A DNA stretch of 64,000 bases from Eledone cirrhosa (lineage: Eukaryota): the NCBI GenBank assembly GCA_964016885.1, contig OZ024748.1:19096001-19160000 (forward strand), given 5' to 3'. The notes beneath the pieces are model-generated. The model worked only from the letters and a program-made list of their open reading frames with translations, was not told where the DNA came from and ran no database searches. Numbering within the stretch: the stretch's first letter is position 1; every line of letters starts with the position of its first letter. Shown here piece after piece: positions 58,902 through 64,000 of the stretch. The position numbers were made by a program, and so were the translations under genes.

Positions 58902-59039
58902 CAGATATTAGTGCTTCTTCTGATCCACACGCTCATTGGGGTGTGGTTAACAAACTATGTAACAATATATGTACTATAACTCATAATATATATATATATG
59001 AACATGTATATATATATATATTTATCTATGTATATATAT

Positions 59040-59128
<89 letters not shown>

Positions 59129-59172
59129 TTAGTAAATATATTTATATATAGTGACACACACACATACACATA

Positions 59173-59214
<42 letters not shown>

Positions 59215-59407
59215 ACACATAGATATGTATATGAATGTATATTGTTTACATTATACTTATATCTAAATATTTATACGTTTGTTTATATATCCTTCTCGCC
59301 CTTTAAAAAAATTGTATATATTCTTTTGTGCGTACATATAACGTTTACTAACAAAATATATACAAATATATGAAGGAGAAACCGATTGAAGTTTATATAT
59401 ATATATA

Positions 59408-59457
<50 letters not shown>

Positions 59458-59458
59458 A

Positions 59459-59517
<59 letters not shown>

Positions 59518-59687
59518 AATATATATATGCGTGTGTGTGGGTGTATATGTATAACTTTGATAACTTTGATAGGTTTCGGCCAGTATTGGCCCAGGCCATG
59601 TCTAACTTAATAGCACCACCTGGTATATATATATGTATATATGTATATATGTAAATACATATACAGATTTGTGCTTTTGTCTGTGTG

Positions 59688-59723
<36 letters not shown>

Positions 59724-59817
59724 AGTGTGTGCGTGTTTGTCTGAGTGTCTGTATGTATGTATATATATATATATGAGTGTGTGTATGTGTTAGATATTTA
59801 TATGTATTTATAAATAC

Positions 59818-59924
<107 letters not shown>

Positions 59925-60604
59925 ATTAAATGTAAATAGACGAATAGATATTTAGACATATATACAACCAGATATAATCACATGCCCACATATCCGTATT
60001 TATCTCCTTATCTGTTTTTATATATGATGTATTTTTTAATGGACTAGTCAGATGTGGAAATACACCGCCCATCACATCATATAGGGGACTTGGTGGTAGG
60101 AGGTTTTGCCACTGACCTCACACCTACGATATTGCATGACTAATTCACCACATATGCTTCATGAGGGGTGAAGGGTTAACCCTACCATGCAGAAGAAGAA
60201 CGAACGCGTTTAGAAGAGATTCCTGTCATCTTCCATTAACTAAATTTCAGTTAAAAAGAGATAGATTCTATAGGAATAATACACTTGCTCAAGAGGCCGT
60301 ACTGTGAGATTCTTTTCGAAACCATTTAGTTGCAAAGCGAACTTCTTAAACTACTCAGCCATACCTGTGCTTCAGTGAGAGAGTACATTCAAATGTAAAG
60401 TGAAAATGTGGCGTCGTTGATGATGGTTGTGATGGTGGTTGTATATATACTTAAACACACATGCACACATATTGAACACAACTACGAGGATATGGTCCGA
60501 ACGTGGAAGAGCCGAACTCCCACTGACATCGCCTCCATCTCTCTCGCCCTGCCCATCTCTCTCTCTATGGTGAGAAAATGGGGTCCCACGTGCTGGCCTC
60601 CCCA

Positions 60605-61505
60605 CAGCTCCGGCGGACAGAATGGAGAAGGCGTTTCCTCGGAGGATGGTAAGGGAGATATGCTGGAAGAGCCATTCTATCTCGCGAGGCTCACACCTGC
60701 GGCTGGCCAGCTCAGGGCCTATGGTGGTGAGTAGGGAGGTAGCCCTAGGACCAAGGACACCAGAAGTCTTCACACCTGCGGCTGGCCAGCTCAGGGCCTA
60801 TGGTGGTGAGTAGGGAGGTAACCCTAGGACCAAGGACACCAGAAGTCTTCACACCTGCGGCTGGCCAGCTCAGCGCCTATGGTGGCGAGTAAGGAGGTAG
60901 CCCTAGGACCAAGGACACCAGAAGTCTTCACACCTGCGGCTGGCCAGCTCAGCGCCTATGGTGGTGAGTAAGGAGGTAGCCCTAGGACCAAGGACACCAG
61001 AAGTCTTCACACCTGCGGCTGGCCAGCTCAGAGCCTATGGTGGCGAGTAGGGAGGTAGCCCTAGGACCAAGGACACTAGAAGTCTTCACACATGCGGCTG
61101 GCCAGCTCAGCGCCTATGGTGGCGAGTAGGGAGGTAGCCCTAGGACCGAGGACACCAGAAGTCTTCACACCTGCGGCTGGCCAGCTCAGCGCCTATGGTG
61201 GTGAGTAAGGAGGTAGCCCTAGGGCCAAGGACACCAGAAGTCTTCACACCTGCGGCTGGCCAGCTCAGCGCCTATGGTGGCGAGTAAGGAGGTAGCCCTA
61301 GGGCCAAGGACACCAGAAGTCTTCACACCTGCGGCTGGCCAGCTCAGCGCCTATGGTTGTGAGTAGGGAGGTAGCCCTAGGACCAAGGACACCGGAAGTC
61401 TCTTCTGCCAAGAGCACGGCCGCAAACCTGTCGGAGAGCGACCGGTACTTGGAAAGTTTGGCCTCCTCAGCCCGACGTACAGCAGAACCTGGGTTAGTCG
61501 CAGAC
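60605..61505 (-). mobile_element. Dead non-LTR retrotransposon fragment: C-terminal restriction-like endonuclease region, CRE-clade-like
   Basis: Translation AVRRAEEAKLSKYRSLSDRF...EETSGVLGPRATSLLTTIG..L..RRCEPRE..WLFQHISLTILRGNAFSIL fits the AE..K..KY / ET.G..G / QR.S....RGNA pattern of RLE domains. Confidence 0.75.
60692..61402. repeat. 79-bp tandem repeat, 9 copies, inside the retroelement ORF
   Basis: Units start at 60692, 60771, 60850, 60929, 61008, 61087, 61166, 61245 and 61324. Confidence 0.95.
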
Positions 61506-62960
61506 TGCAAATGTTGTGTTGAATGAGAATCACGAATATTCTAGATTGACCTGTGACTCAACGTTGTCTCTGTAATATTAAGATAACCATTTAAATGTGA
61601 TATGACAGTCAAAGTTATTTGATTACGTAACATATGATAGTGGAGACGTGGCTGGTTTTAAATCTAATTGAAGAGAATGTTTTGGGGTAGAGAAGTGGAT
61701 GGGTTTAATTTAAAGATTATAGTAGGGTGTCTATGTGGACACAGCATGGACGAATGGTTAAGGTGGTTTCCTTGTAACCATTAGGTTCCGGGTTCGATCC
61801 CACTACGTGACATCTGCCGATTTACTTCGGGTCAACTCATTTCTCGCGAGTGAAATTAAGTAGACGGGAAACTGATTGTATCTATGATTTCAAAGGTCAG
61901 TCTTGTTATAACATGTATTATGCCGAATCTCCCTGAGAATGACATTAAGGGTGCACGTGTCTCTCGAATTCTCAATCACTTATACATAGATTTCATGAAC
62001 CGGAAGTTCCATTGGTGGAACAGTTGGAATACTCATAGTCGAAAGTGACGGAGGACCATCTAAGAGAATTACGTTAATTGAACAAGTGTCTAAGGAATGC
62101 TCAGCCACTTACACTATACCACAAGATGGACTGTATCAGCTTCGTTATACACTGTGCAATGCTGAATCTCCATGAGAAAGACGTTAAAGGTATATATATC
62201 TTGGAATGCTCAGCCACTTACACTTTACTACAAGATATACTGTAGTTCTAATTCTAAAGACCAACCTTGTTATATACTGCCTCACAATGAATCTCCCTGA
62301 GAGTTACCATAAATATATGATATAACACAAAGCCTATTGTGGAAGACAAGATTTCCATCTGATCTAAACATTTCATTCAAAGACACATATCAGTGGTCAA
62401 CCCCTTCCAAACTCTAAACTCGATACTACATTTACATAAATACCAGTAATTACCGAAGCACATGTGTACTAAATAATGAATAATATCAAAAGCTTGGATT
62501 TTTTTTAGAAAACGTGTATTTTGTTAATTCTGTCTCAAAGAACTGCGAAATATGCAATAGATTCTTTAAAACAACTTTTGGTGATGTTTCTATTTAAAGG
62601 ATTATATTTCTTTCTTAGATATTAAACAATTCTTTATTCATACAAATACGCATGCGTACGCTCACACATACATGTGCATAGAAATATACTTCATATATGT
62701 ATACATACATAGATAGATATGTACATATATACATACATACATACATACATACATACATACATACATGCATGAGTACGTACGTAGATTTACAGATTCATAA
62801 ACGCACAAGTGTATATGCATTTACACATTTATGGTGTTTATATATATATTTACACACATAGAAACCCCCACACACACACCCACACCCACACACACACACA
62901 CATATATATATATATGCTATAAGAATAAAGAAACAAAGATTCAGTGTTGCATCATACACC

Positions 62961-63106
<146 letters not shown>

Positions 63107-63143
63107 TATATACATATATATATATATTTATATATATATATAA

Positions 63144-63212
<69 letters not shown>

Positions 63213-63716
63213 ACACTTAGCTTAGATATTTCTACATATATTCATACGAGAGAGTATAACTATTCCCAATATACAGGAGACTCTCAGAAATATATTTTCC
63301 CTTCAAATCTAAGAAACACCTGAACCCATTTCTAAAGATATTTCATCTTAATCCTTTTTATTTCTATTCATTTTTATCATATATCGAAGCATATAACAGA
63401 AATCCACATTTTCTCCCCTTTTTTAGCGAATGAATGATTTCGTGTAAGCAACAACGCCCCAATACTTTCAGTTGATACCCAAAGAATTCGTCGAAGATAA
63501 TTCTCTCGGGTATTCTGATGGTAACCAGCCATAAAGAAAAACTTCGTTTCACAACGAAACAGAATCCTGTTTTTACCATATTCCCATATTTCTTCATGAA
63601 ATTCCACTTGGTCCCTTTAGGTTTCATTTCCGTGTTCTGCAAACAAACAAAGGGTATGAATAGGTGTCTTATACATCAGTCTATTGTGAAGAGTGTATAT
63701 ATATATATATATATAT

Positions 63717-63753
<37 letters not shown>

Positions 63754-63861
63754 TGCGTGCGCGTATGTTTCTGTGTATATATGTGTCTGTTTGCGTGTGT
63801 GTGTATATATGTGTGCGTGCGTGTGTGTATGGATATATATATATACATATGTGTTTATATA

Positions 63862-63940
<79 letters not shown>

Positions 63941-64000
63941 TACATATATATGTATATATATATATACATACATATATATACATATAAATATATACATATA

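Noticed and set aside
60692-61402. CRISPR-like array
   Set aside because: Contiguous near-identical 79-bp units with no spacers, derived from a retroelement ORF.

Overview
Eukaryotic (metazoan) AT-rich, extremely microsatellite-rich genomic DNA. The SINE content and (TA)n/(CA)n/(TATC)n density resemble an octopus/cephalopod genome, which is an inference. Only one convincing host gene is present: a large-Maf bZIP transcription factor with a single coding exon (24597-25397, +). Almost all other ORFs in the track are translations of simple repeats. The rest consists of tRNA-derived SINEs, many minisatellites, a dead CRE-like non-LTR retrotransposon endonuclease fragment with a 79-bp internal tandem amplification, and a 200-N gap. 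The most striking feature is a set of sequence-unrelated short fold-back (inverted-repeat) elements sitting in or next to (TA)n microsatellites. Several carry complete minimal type-I hammerhead ribozyme folds (CUGANGA / GAAA / NUH with a palindromic stem III), one with a compensatory U3-A8 core change. Others carry only the 3' half of the fold. They are best explained as Penelope-like element pLTR remnants or non-autonomous retrozyme-like elements targeting TA repeats. All folds were read by eye and no searches were run.
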